Source of the DNA: a virus
Taxonomy: Duplodnaviria > Caudoviricetes
Strand: one strand, 5' to 3'
IMG/VR virus record: IMGVR_UViG_3300024346_000016
Coordinates: 55,500 to 119,499 of that record
Length of the DNA: 64,000 bases
Each line of letters starts with the position of its first letter. Position 1 is the first letter of the stretch. A model generated the notes under the pieces. The model was not told the origin of the DNA, searched no databases, and worked only from the letters and a program-made list of their open reading frames with translations. Shown piece after piece: positions 31,951 through 42,057 of the stretch. Made by a program: the position numbers and the translations under genes.

Positions 31951-32400
31951 ATGAAGAACTTAACAGTAAAACTTTTTGAAATCTACTCTCTACAAAGCGA
32001 ACTTAGCGGCTTGATCAACCAGCAAACTGGGGAGAAGATAAAAACCGGTATTCTAGACGAAGAAATTGGTCTTGTGGCTAAATACTGGATTAATCAATTA
32101 AATGACATTGTGTTAGCCGAGGTAAAAACCTTAGATACACAACGTGAGGAACTGATCAAAAAATACGGTACAGCTGACGACCAAGGTGGAGTTTCTCTAC
32201 AAATGGTTATCAAGGAAATGGACAAAGACGGCAAAGAGGTTTCTAAAATGAATCCTAAATTTGCTGAATTTAACACCGAGTTCAATGGCTTATTAAGTCA
32301 AGAAAAGGAATTGTCGTATCATCCAATTAAATTGGAAACACTTAATGATGTAAAAAGTAGTAATAACTACCCTACATTCTTTAAGTTTGTAGAAGCATAA
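31951..32400 (+). CDS. Hypothetical helical protein
   Basis: 149 aa with 'REELIKKYG...FNTEFNGLL..E.E'. Has its own GTATAA motif upstream and a terminator downstream. Confidence 0.65.
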   Translation: MKNLTVKLFEIYSLQSELSGLINQQTGEKIKTGILDEEIGLVAKYWINQLNDIVLAEVKTLDTQREELIKKYGTADDQGGVSLQMVIKEMDKDGKEVSKMNPKFAEFNTEFNGLLSQEKELSYHPIKLETLNDVKSSNNYPTFFKFVEA

Positions 32401-32423
32401 TCGCCAACCCTACTACTACCGCG

Positions 32424-32453
32424 AAAAGGCTGTACGCAAGTGCAGCCTTTTTT
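32424..32453 (+). terminator. Rho-independent terminator
   Basis: AAAAGGCTGTAC-GCAA-GTGCAGCCTTTTTT, with a GNRA loop. Confidence 0.85.
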
Positions 32454-32477
32454 GGTTAGCCTAAATAAATAATCTAT

Positions 32478-33110
32478 ATGATACTAAGCGCAAGACAAAA
32501 CGGATTCCTAATAAGTTTCCCAGATACTTTCTTCTCTAAGCAGATAAGTAAGAAATACGAGAAATATTATAATAGCCTTATTATGCCGTATGAGACTATT
32601 GAAGATTTCATGGCATCGACTATTCAGTCAGTTACATTTAATGGCTTTACTGTGCCAATGGTAAGTCAAGTAAGACCTCTTGGTAAAATACAAGAGTTTC
32701 ATAGTGCAAAGCCAATTGCTGAAATGTTTGAACGTAAATTTACAATCAAATTTAAGTTAAGTGATGCCTACCTAAATTATTTTATCTTTTTAGATAATGC
32801 GCTTAACTATTTAGATCAAGGTAACCTAGAACCAACTAACTTACGTCGATCTCTAAATGGTGTTGGTAAACCATTTGTGCAAGATCCTCAGGGTATTACA
32901 ATGGATCCAATCAGATTAACTCTCTTAAATAATGAAGGTTATGCAGTTTCGTCGATTGTATTTAATCACCCAATTCTATCGGGCATGACTAATATTTCAC
33001 TGTCATATAATGAAAATGCTCCAAAATTTAATACATTTGAAGTATCATTCCAATTCTATAACTTTGATATTGCCCTAGATTTTGGTGAGGGTCTTAACTA
33101 TATTGGTTAA
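32478..33110 (+). CDS. Tail-tube-like / baseplate tube initiator protein
   Basis: 'IQSVTFNG...FTIKFKL...IRLTLLN.EG....IVF...ILSGMTNISLSYN.....TFEVSFQFYNF' follows the gp19/gp54 tube-fold pattern. TAAATA-N6-ATG start. Confidence 0.55.
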   Translation: MILSARQNGFLISFPDTFFSKQISKKYEKYYNSLIMPYETIEDFMASTIQSVTFNGFTVPMVSQVRPLGKIQEFHSAKPIAEMFERKFTIKFKLSDAYLNYFIFLDNALNYLDQGNLEPTNLRRSLNGVGKPFVQDPQGITMDPIRLTLLNNEGYAVSSIVFNHPILSGMTNISLSYNENAPKFNTFEVSFQFYNFDIALDFGEGLNYIG

Positions 33111-33910
33111 ATATAGGAATCTAGTGTAACACTAGTTGGCAAAGGTAATCCTTCTTCTTTTAATTTCTCAGTGTAGGCCACGATAATCTCCTGTTTATTT
33201 GGATAGAGCGGAGATTTTATAAAAAGATCAAAAGTTTTCTTAAAGGTATTCCATTCGCTAAATGGTAGGGGCTGACCAAAAATTGCTTTAGCCATATCTT
33301 CTGCTGACTCAGCTATTAATTGACGATCCATAATTTTATAGTTAACCTTTTTCATCTCTTTAACAATCTTATAGAGACCGTCTGGTCTTAACATATAGCC
33401 TGTAAATTTAGAAGGGCTAGCTGGGTCGCCTTCAATATCTTCCTTTCGCGAATCTAATACAGTAAATAGGAAATAGACACGGTGTTTAGTTGTATCTGGA
33501 TCCTCTTCAATATTTTTATAGAAAATATCAGTTGCCTCTTTATTTGCAGTTTGAGGTCTTACGAAAATATCAATTTGTACTGGCTCGTGACCAGTTGGTG
33601 TAAAATTAGTTGATACAATATTAAAACCATAGAATGCTTTTGCATCAATTCCTTGAGCTTTACATAGCTCTACAATTTTAGGAAGTTCCAAATCTGTGTA
33701 TACCAGGCAATCAATATCGCCTGAAATAGGTTTCTGTTTCCAGCTGCCAATCGGTTCACCAGGCTGGCTTCCGAGTATTCCCTGGACTACCTTATCGTTA
33801 AACTCTGCAACGATTCTTTGGATATCTTCGCGCTTAACTGAAACTGTTTCAGGAAAGGCATTACCTCCTTCATTAAGGACAAATTTTCGGTATTCTAATA
33901 GGTATTTCAT
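33107..33910 (-). CDS. Pol-beta-superfamily nucleotidyltransferase-like protein with capsid-targeting-like leader
   Basis: 'IGSW...SGDIDCLV...VQIDIF' matches hG[GS]..DhD..D. Start at 33910 overlaps the upstream stop (TAATG). Leader MKYLLEYRKFVLNE|GGN. Confidence 0.65.
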   Translation of the reverse strand: MKYLLEYRKFVLNEGGNAFPETVSVKREDIQRIVAEFNDKVVQGILGSQPGEPIGSWKQKPISGDIDCLVYTDLELPKIVELCKAQGIDAKAFYGFNIVSTNFTPTGHEPVQIDIFVRPQTANKEATDIFYKNIEEDPDTTKHRVYFLFTVLDSRKEDIEGDPASPSKFTGYMLRPDGLYKIVKEMKKVNYKIMDRQLIAESAEDMAKAIFGQPLPFSEWNTFKKTFDLFIKSPLYPNKQEIIVAYTEKLKEEGLPLPTSVTLDSYI

Positions 33911-34659
33911 TATTCTGTGCCGTCTATCCAAGTTTTACCATCTAATTGACCAGAATCATTATCAACTGTCTTCATTAAGATTTGGTCGATAACATTTCCT
34001 CTAAACATTTCCGTAGTTTTATCAAAGCTTGGAAAGTAGGTCTCAATTTCAATTTGAAATGTGATAGTTATTTTATTATTGTCAGTGTACGAAAATTTGT
34101 AGGCTTTATCATTTGTTGCCTGATCTGGAAAAACAAATAGAGCAGGAATCCTGATTCCTCTATATTGAAAATACATTACTCGATTACTATAGAAAAGATC
34201 AAATAGTTTTTCAGTTGCCTTAAATGTTTTATTAAGATTATCTACAATAATCTTTGCATCAAAGTTTACTTTAAGTGGCAGGGAATAGAGTCTTGCTGAA
34301 TAGGCTTTACTTTTCTTTGCATCATTTTCATCAAATTCATCGCGCTGAAAGGTTCCTCTAACATACTTATTAACAAGATCCGACGATTTTACATTAAATG
34401 AACTTAAGGTAATAATTCCTCTTGGAATAGGATCATAGTTACCTTCTGCCATTTGTGAAATTTTACAGGTAGAAGGAATTCCTATAAAGAAATCTTGCAT
34501 AAAGCCTTCGTCGGTTCCTTGATTAAAGTAAAAAGGAATTGTATGAATTTCTGGGCGGTCGTCACGCCATAATTCAATCTCCAACTGTCTATTTAATAGA
34601 TCCAGTAGGGAGATTGTAAGATTACGTAGGAATATATCCTGAGTATTTGTATTCTTCAT
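33910..34659 (-). CDS. Tail sheath stabiliser / terminator (T4 gp15-like)
   Basis: 'IPFYF...IPRGIITLSSF.V...PLKVNFDAKII' resembles gp15. TAAATA at 34665-34670 (-). Confidence 0.6.
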   Translation of the reverse strand: MKNTNTQDIFLRNLTISLLDLLNRQLEIELWRDDRPEIHTIPFYFNQGTDEGFMQDFFIGIPSTCKISQMAEGNYDPIPRGIITLSSFNVKSSDLVNKYVRGTFQRDEFDENDAKKSKAYSARLYSLPLKVNFDAKIIVDNLNKTFKATEKLFDLFYSNRVMYFQYRGIRIPALFVFPDQATNDKAYKFSYTDNNKITITFQIEIETYFPSFDKTTEMFRGNVIDQILMKTVDNDSGQLDGKTWIDGTE

Positions 34660-34692
34660 ATGGTTATTTATTCGCCAAGAAAAATACTGGAG

Positions 34693-35155
34693 TGGAGCTG
34701 ACGGGAGTCGAACCCGTGTCCAATGCGGTTACTTCAATGAATTCGTTTACAGGCTTAGTCCATTTTTCTAAAAAGACAAAATATAAAGTTTGATGTATGT
34801 AGGAACCAAACTTTCAAACAACCCGGTCTCGAAGTTATTTAGTAGAGCTCCGACCTGTTACTCCAACTCTTTCGCCCCCTGTATAGATCGTCCACGATCA
34901 GATGCTCAAGGTCAGCCTTGACTGTTAAGGGAGCCACCTGGATTTGCTTTCACTTCTTCTTAAAGTCCCATGAGTGATACGGGAGCGATTAGGCAGCTAC
35001 TGCTAAATCTGCACCTACGAAAGACATTGCGTCTTCGAAAGTCCAAGTTGACTTATTGTCAGTTATTGTTTGTATAGGTTATTAAAGAGTTTCCAATACT
35101 AACTCCGCCTGCATTCAAAGAACTACGACCGCTTGTCAAATGCCAAAACAGCCCC
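34693..35155 (-). ncRNA. ssrA: tmRNA, 463 nt, tag (A)DNKSTWTFEDAMSFVGADLAVAA*
   Basis: 5' GGGGCTG...GGCATTTGAC. 3' GACACGGGTTCGACTCCCGTCAGCTCCA with T-arm and Ala acceptor stem (G3.U70). Resume context AATAACT|GAC. Tag ORF 35060..34989 ends LAVAA-TAA. Confidence 0.93.
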
Positions 35156-35263
35156 ATATTTTATAGTATAATACTAAAGAATTATCTATTTAGTCTTGAG
35201 CGACGTAAAATCTTTTCCAAAGTTCAATTATCCCTAATAAATAATAAAAAAGAATTCGCCAAG

Positions 35264-36931
35264 ATGGCTGAAACACTTTCACCAACATACAAGCTTTTTA
35301 AAGGGCTAAGCACAAATGCTACCGAACTATACAGGGAGTCTGTGCAGTTTCTACAACAGAAATTTAAAACAAGCGGCGACATTTTTACGTTAGCTTCCCC
35401 GTTTGGTCAGCTTTTGATAGTTTTACATAACTTAACTGAGCTGATTTTATTCTATATAGAAGACTCGATTACTGAACTTAATATTTATGAGGCAAATCGC
35501 CCATCTTCAGTCTATTCACTAGCTTCACTATCTGGACACAATCCCAGCCGAGCTCTATCAGCAGTCGGCACGATTCAGGTTAAGCCAAGTTTAAAAGTAG
35601 ACTTTACTAAAATTCCAGGCAATAGATTAATTTTTACAAAATACATGAATCTTAATTGTGAAAACAATGGATTAAATTATGTAGTGGAAATGCCAGGAGA
35701 CGAAGCTCGATTAGATATGAAAGGTACGACTGGATTAAACTTTACAATTAGACAGGGTAGACTTCAGCAGCAAACCTTTGGTAGTACTGGAGAAGCCTTT
35801 CAAAGTTTACAATTAGGATATCCAAACAACTTTTTAATTGACCAGTTCCTAGTTAACGTCTATGTTAATGGAGAGCGCTGGGAAAATTACCAATCAATGC
35901 TAGATATTCCAAGAAATGGTAACTGCTATGTTTGTAAAACTGGTATTACTAATGGTCTTGATATCTATTTTGGAAATGGTTCATTTGGAAAAATTCCACC
36001 AACTGGAGCTGAAATTATTGTTGAATATTTAATAACAGAAGGTGCAGTTGGTAATATTGTTACAGATGCCTTATCTGAATTAATTTTTACATTTACTGAT
36101 ACTGCACTAAACACAATAGGTGAAGAGGTAACTCTTACTGATATGGTAACAGTAAGCTGTGTAAATTCGCCAAATTTTGGAACAGATCCAGAGTCACTAG
36201 CTTTAACTAGACTGCTTGCGCCAAAGGCAAGTAAAAACTTTGCACTGGTTAATGTTGATAATTATGAAGTCTTAATGAGAAAACTACAAATGTTTTCTTC
36301 TGTTAGGGTTACGCTAGATCCTGATGACAATCGGGTAATTAATATATTCTTAGTACCAGATATTACTAAAATATTTGCACGTGGAGTTGACTACTTCAAC
36401 CTAATCGAGGATCGATTTAAGTTAACTGCATTCCAAAAAACAGAATTATTAAAATATATTAAAAAATCTGGAACCGAACTTATATCAACCACAGTTAGAC
36501 TACTAGATCCAACTCCAAAGAAATATGCTTTAAATATTAGTTTGGTTACATTTGCAGATTACGATAAAGATTCAATTAAGGGTCAAATCGTTGAACAAAT
36601 AGGATCATATTTTGTTAATAACACACGTAAAGATCGTATTCCAAAGAGTGATTTAATTAAATTGGTCGAGGGAATCAGCGGAGTCGATTCAGTTAGTATT
36701 CAAATTATCGGTGAAGCAAATGAGGCATCTGCTATTAAAAATGCAAATATGGCAAATCCACCACTAGACGGACTAGATTCATTTAATGATATTATTATTA
36801 AGTCAAACGAGTTTGCAATTATTAGAGGCGGGTTTAGGGATAAAATTGGCAACGTTTATGAATCAGGCATGTCTGACGATAAGCTTTGTGCAATTAACAT
36901 CTTCTTTAGAGATGAAACAAGATTAAACTAA
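35264..36931 (+). CDS. Baseplate wedge subunit (T4 gp6-like / baseplate J family)
   Basis: 'LILFYIED...E.NIYEA....VYSLA...GHNP.R', 'IYFGNG.FGKIP..GAEI.VEYL.T.G..GN', 'G.DPES....R..AP......V...NY'. Confidence 0.8.
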   Translation: MAETLSPTYKLFKGLSTNATELYRESVQFLQQKFKTSGDIFTLASPFGQLLIVLHNLTELILFYIEDSITELNIYEANRPSSVYSLASLSGHNPSRALSAVGTIQVKPSLKVDFTKIPGNRLIFTKYMNLNCENNGLNYVVEMPGDEARLDMKGTTGLNFTIRQGRLQQQTFGSTGEAFQSLQLGYPNNFLIDQFLVNVYVNGERWENYQSMLDIPRNGNCYVCKTGITNGLDIYFGNGSFGKIPPTGAEIIVEYLITEGAVGNIVTDALSELIFTFTDTALNTIGEEVTLTDMVTVSCVNSPNFGTDPESLALTRLLAPKASKNFALVNVDNYEVLMRKLQMFSSVRVTLDPDDNRVINIFLVPDITKIFARGVDYFNLIEDRFKLTAFQKTELLKYIKKSGTELISTTVRLLDPTPKKYALNISLVTFADYDKDSIKGQIVEQIGSYFVNNTRKDRIPKSDLIKLVEGISGVDSVSIQIIGEANEASAIKNANMANPPLDGLDSFNDIIIKSNEFAIIRGGFRDKIGNVYESGMSDDKLCAINIFFRDETRLN

Positions 36932-36933
36932 CT

Positions 36934-37179
36934 ATGCATAGAGATTCAATTTTTAGAAAATCCATTGAGAGAAAAGAAAATCGCCTATATTTAGGGTTTT
37001 CATATAAAGATAAGATTATTGAAAAAACAGTATCTCCATATATGCTTGGAGTGTCTGCCTTTATGGATAGATTTTTATTAAAACTAGATGCAATAGTTTT
37101 TAACAATATTGAAGCGGTCAAAAAAATAAAAATATTTGCTAACCCAGCCCTGGATAAGAACACGACAAAACTAAACTAA
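36934..37179 (+). CDS. Hypothetical protein, possibly baseplate-associated
   Basis: 81 aa, tightly coupled between the wedge and terminase genes. Confidence 0.55.
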   Translation: MHRDSIFRKSIERKENRLYLGFSYKDKIIEKTVSPYMLGVSAFMDRFLLKLDAIVFNNIEAVKKIKIFANPALDKNTTKLN

Positions 37180-37186
37180 AAGTCCA

Positions 37187-37912
37187 GTGATCAGCAAAGA
37201 GAAGAAAACACAAATAAAAAACGAACTCGAAAGCTTTTTGAGCTCATATTCTGGAGATACTTCAGAATATGATATAGTCGACGATCGTTTTAACGAACTT
37301 GAACAAAATCCACCAATTGATTTTGAAGAAATGAGTTCAGGCTTCAAGACTAAAGCTCTTGAGATCACAGATTCCCTATTTAAATTTTATGTAGACTTAG
37401 GTTTAATTACTCAACATGATTACCTAAAACAAAAGAAAGACCTCGATAATATGAATATCGAGACTATGTTCTTTCAGCATAAAACTATTAAGATGGCGAT
37501 TGAAAGAATTATGGAAGAAATAAACCAGGGTGCAGCGCATCCGCGGTTATTTGAAGTAATGTCTCAATTACAGGATCGTCTTACTATGGTTACTAAAACT
37601 CAAGCCAACTATATGCTTTTCCTAGAGGATACGTACAGGAAAATGCGTAGCGAAGTTGATTCAAGAGGAGACCAAGCCGGTCTACCAGCCTCTTCAGTAA
37701 ATGCAATTAAAGCTGGCGAATATTATGTCACAGCTGGAACCAAGAATATTATGAAAGAAATTCAAGGAGAAAAGAGTGATCAAGAGTTTGATAATAGATT
37801 AACTAATCCAAACGAAAAAAATTCGCTAATGACTGAGCGCGGATTGGAACACTTAATTCAACGTGATGAAGGTGATGAAGATCTAAACTCAACCATTTTT
37901 GAAATTATTTAA
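37187..37912 (+). CDS. Putative terminase small subunit
   Basis: Directly upstream of TerL and helical. 'HPRLFEVMSQL' resembles the PRAYEV motif of T4-like cyanophage TerS. Confidence 0.55.
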   Translation: MISKEKKTQIKNELESFLSSYSGDTSEYDIVDDRFNELEQNPPIDFEEMSSGFKTKALEITDSLFKFYVDLGLITQHDYLKQKKDLDNMNIETMFFQHKTIKMAIERIMEEINQGAAHPRLFEVMSQLQDRLTMVTKTQANYMLFLEDTYRKMRSEVDSRGDQAGLPASSVNAIKAGEYYVTAGTKNIMKEIQGEKSDQEFDNRLTNPNEKNSLMTERGLEHLIQRDEGDEDLNSTIFEII

Positions 37913-37914
37913 GT

Positions 37915-39873
37915 ATGAAAGACTTTATATCATCGGGCGGTCGGACTAGCGTACAGCTATCTAAACTAGATGACACTGAAAATAGTTCAGTGTGGACTAC
38001 TAAAAAGATTGATCAGCTACTAGCTGATTTTGAAAATGGTTTAATTGATATTAAAACTATCAAAAACTCTCCATTTAAAGACAATGACCCTGCTTGGAAA
38101 AAACCAAATTTAGTATTTGAATATTCTCCAGAAGAACTTGAAGAGATAAAAAAGTGTAAATCTGATGTGGTTTACTTTGCAAATAAGTATGCTCAGGTTT
38201 TAACTGAATACGGCGTTGAACAAATTATCTTACGTGATTACCAAGAGGAAATTATTAGAGGATTTGGCGCGAGCCGATTTAATATCCTAATGGCAAGTCG
38301 ACAAATTGGTAAAACCGTAATGTCTGGTGTGTTTGTTGCATGGTATCTTATTTTTCATACTGATAAAAATGTCCTAGCAGTTGCCAATATTGCGTCAACT
38401 ACCAAAGAGGTTGTTGATAAAATCAAATCTATTTTTGAAAATCTGCCATTTTTCCTAAAACCTGGCTGTATTTCAAATAACGTTATGTCGATGAAGTTCG
38501 ATAATGGCTGTAGATTAATTGGACGTACCACCACTAAAAATACAGGTATTGGTTTTACTATTCACCTACTATACATTGATGAGTTTGCGCATATTTCGCC
38601 AGCTTACCTAGATTTCTTTTATCGAGCAATTTACCCTACTATTTCTGCATCAACTACATCCAAGATTATTATTACATCAACGCCAAATGGAATGAACAGA
38701 TTCTATGAAATCTATATGGATGCACTAAATGGACTAAATACCTATGCTCCGCTTAGAGTTGACTGGTGGCAAGTTCCAGGCAGAGATGATAAATGGAAAG
38801 CTGAAACTATTGCAAACATGGGATCAGAAGAAGATTTTAACCAGGAATATGGATTGCAATTCTTTTCTTCAGATAGATTACTATTATCGTCAAAGGATCT
38901 TAAGAAAATATTTAGTATTGCAACCAAATACGAGGAACCTCTTAAAATCAATTGGGATCCAGAAGTACTTGCCTTAATGGAAGGTAATTTTACAGTCCAC
39001 CCTAATCTAAAGGATTGGGACGAACAGGACTTTAGAAATTCTCCAGATCAATATGTATTTTCAGTCGATACAGCAGATGGAACAGGCAAAGACTTTTCAG
39101 TTATTAATATCTTTAAAGCAGTAGCCCTTCCAATAAAAACGCTAGAGCCAATTAAAAATCTAATTAAATCTGAATTAGACTGTATTTCTCTTGTACAGGT
39201 TGCAACTTGGCGAAGTAATCGACAAACCATTAATGAATATGCTCAAGTATTAGAATATTTAGTTTACAGACTATTTAATTTTGAAAATCTTAAAGTCCTA
39301 ATAGAATTAAACCACAAAGGGGACTTTATTTTGGATAAGATCTCAAGTAATGAACAATATTGGCCTGGCCAGTTAATCCACTCTAAACATACTGAAGCAA
39401 CTAAACTACTTAAACCAGGTCTTAAATTAAGTGTTACTAATAAAATTAAATTCTGCGAAAGATTTAAGTATCACGTTAACGTAAATAAGATTTTGCCAAA
39501 CGAAAGTAAAACCGTAATGGAACTCGGTTCATTTGGTAGATCAACCAATGGTACATACCGAAGCCAAAGCGGAAATGACGACTTAGCAATGACTTGCGTC
39601 AACTCAGCGGCATTCTTTGACTCTCCAAGCTTTTTAGAGTTAGGTACAGAGGTTTGGGATAGAACTAGTGAAGAATATAAAAAGGCCGTAACTGAAACAA
39701 TTTTAAATTCAATTCAGGGAGACGGCTCATCCAAGATTACATCAGATTTAGTAGGTTATCTAAACGATACACCACAAATGAAAAAACCAGGACAAAGACA
39801 AGTGTTCGATGCAAATTACCTAGATTCATATAAGCAGACTTTGTCTGGATTTTATGGAGATCAAAAAAACTAG
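37915..39873 (+). CDS. terL: Terminase large subunit (T4 gp17-like)
   Basis: 'LRDYQ', Walker A 'SRQIGKT', Walker B 'LLYIDEFAH', motif III 'ITSTPNG', 'FNQEY', nuclease 'VDTADG.GKDFS' and 'NDDLAM'. Confidence 0.95.
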   Translation: MKDFISSGGRTSVQLSKLDDTENSSVWTTKKIDQLLADFENGLIDIKTIKNSPFKDNDPAWKKPNLVFEYSPEELEEIKKCKSDVVYFANKYAQVLTEYGVEQIILRDYQEEIIRGFGASRFNILMASRQIGKTVMSGVFVAWYLIFHTDKNVLAVANIASTTKEVVDKIKSIFENLPFFLKPGCISNNVMSMKFDNGCRLIGRTTTKNTGIGFTIHLLYIDEFAHISPAYLDFFYRAIYPTISASTTSKIIITSTPNGMNRFYEIYMDALNGLNTYAPLRVDWWQVPGRDDKWKAETIANMGSEEDFNQEYGLQFFSSDRLLLSSKDLKKIFSIATKYEEPLKINWDPEVLALMEGNFTVHPNLKDWDEQDFRNSPDQYVFSVDTADGTGKDFSVINIFKAVALPIKTLEPIKNLIKSELDCISLVQVATWRSNRQTINEYAQVLEYLVYRLFNFENLKVLIELNHKGDFILDKISSNEQYWPGQLIHSKHTEATKLLKPGLKLSVTNKIKFCERFKYHVNVNKILPNESKTVMELGSFGRSTNGTYRSQSGNDDLAMTCVNSAAFFDSPSFLELGTEVWDRTSEEYKKAVTETILNSIQGDGSSKITSDLVGYLNDTPQMKKPGQRQVFDANYLDSYKQTLSGFYGDQKN

Positions 39874-39879
39874 TGAAGA

Positions 39880-40146
39880 ATGATTAATTTTGACTTAACT
39901 CGAGATAGAGATGTTATTTTTAGAAGAACTATCTCGGCAATTCAACTAGCAATAGAGAAGAATACTGATGTTGCTGAATTGCCAAATGTTAAAGTTGCCG
40001 AATCCGAAATTGATGCATTTGTGTTAAGAGATGGATGGGAAGATGCAATTGAAAAAGCAAAAAAACACTTCGAAGAACTCGAAGATTATGAAATGTGTCA
40101 TACATGTATGTCACTAATTGAGCAAATTAAAAATAACATTAACTAA
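39880..40146 (+). CDS. Small protein with UVR-like helical hairpin
   Basis: 'AKKHFEELEDYEMC'. Similar to 61861..62079. Confidence 0.6.
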   Translation: MINFDLTRDRDVIFRRTISAIQLAIEKNTDVAELPNVKVAESEIDAFVLRDGWEDAIEKAKKHFEELEDYEMCHTCMSLIEQIKNNIN

Positions 40147-40847
40147 TGCAAAGATCCACAAAAAGAAGAGGTACTTCTGCACAGTCGATTCCAGACTTGC
40201 TAAAACAGGTTTCACTAAAGCCTTCACAAAAAGACTATCTTGATACTATTCTAAATAATGATATAACTTTATGTTATGGACCAGCTGGAACAAGTAAAAC
40301 GTTTGTAGCATGTTATGCTTCTATGAAATTACACACAGAAGACAAAATACAGAGAATAATTTTATCCAAACCAATTCAGGAATCTGGAGAAAAGCTTGGA
40401 TTTTTGCCAGGAGATATTAAAGAGAAAATCGATCCATTTATGGAAAGTTATCGAACTAACTTTGAAAAAATTGTTGGCTGGGATAACTTAGTTAAATTAG
40501 AAGGTGACGGTCTTATTGAATTTAGACCACTGGCATATATGCGAGGAGCAACATTTGACAATTGTCTAATGGTATTAGATGAAGCACAAAATGCAGATTT
40601 TAGACAGTTAATGCTGTTTATTACCAGAATGGGAAAAAATTCAAAGGTATTAATTTGCGGAGATGTAAGTCAATATGACATATCAAGAGACAAAGTGGCA
40701 CTTCCTAAATTTATTGAAATGATGAAGGGTATTAAAGGAATGGGAATTCACACATTTGGAGACTCAGATATCGTTCGTAATAAAATTTTAATAGAAATTA
40801 CAGAAAGATATGAGAAATGGAAGACCACAAATAAAATTAATTGGTAA
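40146..40847 (+). CDS. phoH: PhoH-like ATPase
   Basis: 'GPAGTSKT', 'LGFLPGD..EK..P', 'PLAYMRGATF', 'DEAQN', 'TRMG..SK....GD..Q.D', 'DIVR'. Confidence 0.93.
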   Translation: MQRSTKRRGTSAQSIPDLLKQVSLKPSQKDYLDTILNNDITLCYGPAGTSKTFVACYASMKLHTEDKIQRIILSKPIQESGEKLGFLPGDIKEKIDPFMESYRTNFEKIVGWDNLVKLEGDGLIEFRPLAYMRGATFDNCLMVLDEAQNADFRQLMLFITRMGKNSKVLICGDVSQYDISRDKVALPKFIEMMKGIKGMGIHTFGDSDIVRNKILIEITERYEKWKTTNKINW

Positions 40848-40889
40848 ATTAACCTAGTACACAATAACACTATCTAGAAAAACACTTTT

Positions 40890-41534
40890 ATGGCAATAAA
40901 CAAAAATCTAACGGGTTACGAAGATTTAAACCGTCGACTTAACGATGAAATGCAACAGTTAGCTGAGGCAATTTTAGCAAAAACTTTCTCCGAAAGAGAC
41001 AGAAACCGATTGGTTCGTATTATGGAACCAAAACTTAAATACTTTATTTGGAAGTTCTTTAAAGATAAGGACGAAACTGAAGAGGCTCTACACAATACGT
41101 TCTTTAAGATTTTTAAGTCGCTTGATAGTTATAATCCAAAATACAGATTTACTACTTGGATCTATACTATTGCTCGAAATGAATCACTATTACATTTGCA
41201 TAAACTTAAACAGCACATGACTACTGATATTGATTTAATTGGAAATTCTCTGTTTTTAGTTGATGATAGTCGAGATAATTTAGAAAAGGAGTATTCTTTG
41301 GAAAACTTATACACTGCAACCATGCTTGCAATTGAAGAAATGCCAGAGTCTTTGGAAAAATCTATCCTAATCGATAAGGAACTAAATAAAATGAAAGGCG
41401 CTGATATCGCAAACAAATACGATATGAACCTTAATACAGTTAAAACTAAAATACGAAAAGCTCGTAAAATACTAAAAGACTCGGTTTTGGAAACTAATCC
41501 AGAACTAGTCGAAAAAATAAAGGATCTTTTTTAA
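40890..41534 (+). CDS. RNA polymerase sigma factor (sigma70/ECF-like)
   Basis: Region 2 'EEALHNTFFKIF...YNPKYRFTTWIYTIARN'. Region 4 HTH 'DIA.KY.MNLNTVKTKIRKARK.L'. Confidence 0.88.
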   Translation: MAINKNLTGYEDLNRRLNDEMQQLAEAILAKTFSERDRNRLVRIMEPKLKYFIWKFFKDKDETEEALHNTFFKIFKSLDSYNPKYRFTTWIYTIARNESLLHLHKLKQHMTTDIDLIGNSLFLVDDSRDNLEKEYSLENLYTATMLAIEEMPESLEKSILIDKELNKMKGADIANKYDMNLNTVKTKIRKARKILKDSVLETNPELVEKIKDLF

Positions 41535-42031
41535 TGAAATACGTAAATCCAATAGTCTTTATTAAGAAACTAGTTGCGCTAATCAAAGAATTAGCCCTAT
41601 TTAGAAAATATCTTGGGATAATTACCGAATTAGAAGCAGCAGGCGACCTTCAAAAGCTTAACTTAAGACGAACTAGCTTTGGTCGACTATATTATGTTAA
41701 AAATCTTCAACCAGAGGTCTTATTAAATACTGATGATCTGCTTGGATTTGAAATAAACCAGGTTAAAGAATCGCTTGCCGATTATAATGACCCAATTACA
41801 AAATTGGGAATTATCGATTTTGTTAAAACTGGCTTCAGGAGAATTAAAACACCAGAAGTCTATGCATATTTAGTATGGATGGATTTTGAGTTTAAGGAAA
41901 TTAATCTTGAAAGATTTTTTTATGTAATCGCATATCCGCTAATTGCAGCATTTATAATTATGCAGTTTATACTACCAGCCGGTAGTCTAGTGGATTGGAC
42001 ATATGTTTGGAACATGTTAAATGCCAAATAA
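41534..42031 (+). CDS. Hypothetical protein with C-terminal transmembrane helix
   Basis: Hydrophobic stretch 'FFYVIAYPLIAAFIIMQFIL'. Confidence 0.6.
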   Translation: MKYVNPIVFIKKLVALIKELALFRKYLGIITELEAAGDLQKLNLRRTSFGRLYYVKNLQPEVLLNTDDLLGFEINQVKESLADYNDPITKLGIIDFVKTGFRRIKTPEVYAYLVWMDFEFKEINLERFFYVIAYPLIAAFIIMQFILPAGSLVDWTYVWNMLNAK

Positions 42032-42057
42032 ATAACAGTATCAAATAATATTAAATT

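Noticed and set aside
34693-34725. Stand-alone tRNA gene
   Set aside because: The T-arm and acceptor belong to the tmRNA. The matching 5' acceptor strand is 460 nt away, with a tag ORF in between.
37915-39873. Intron or intein in the terminase
   Set aside because: The ORF is continuous with normally spaced ATPase and nuclease motifs.
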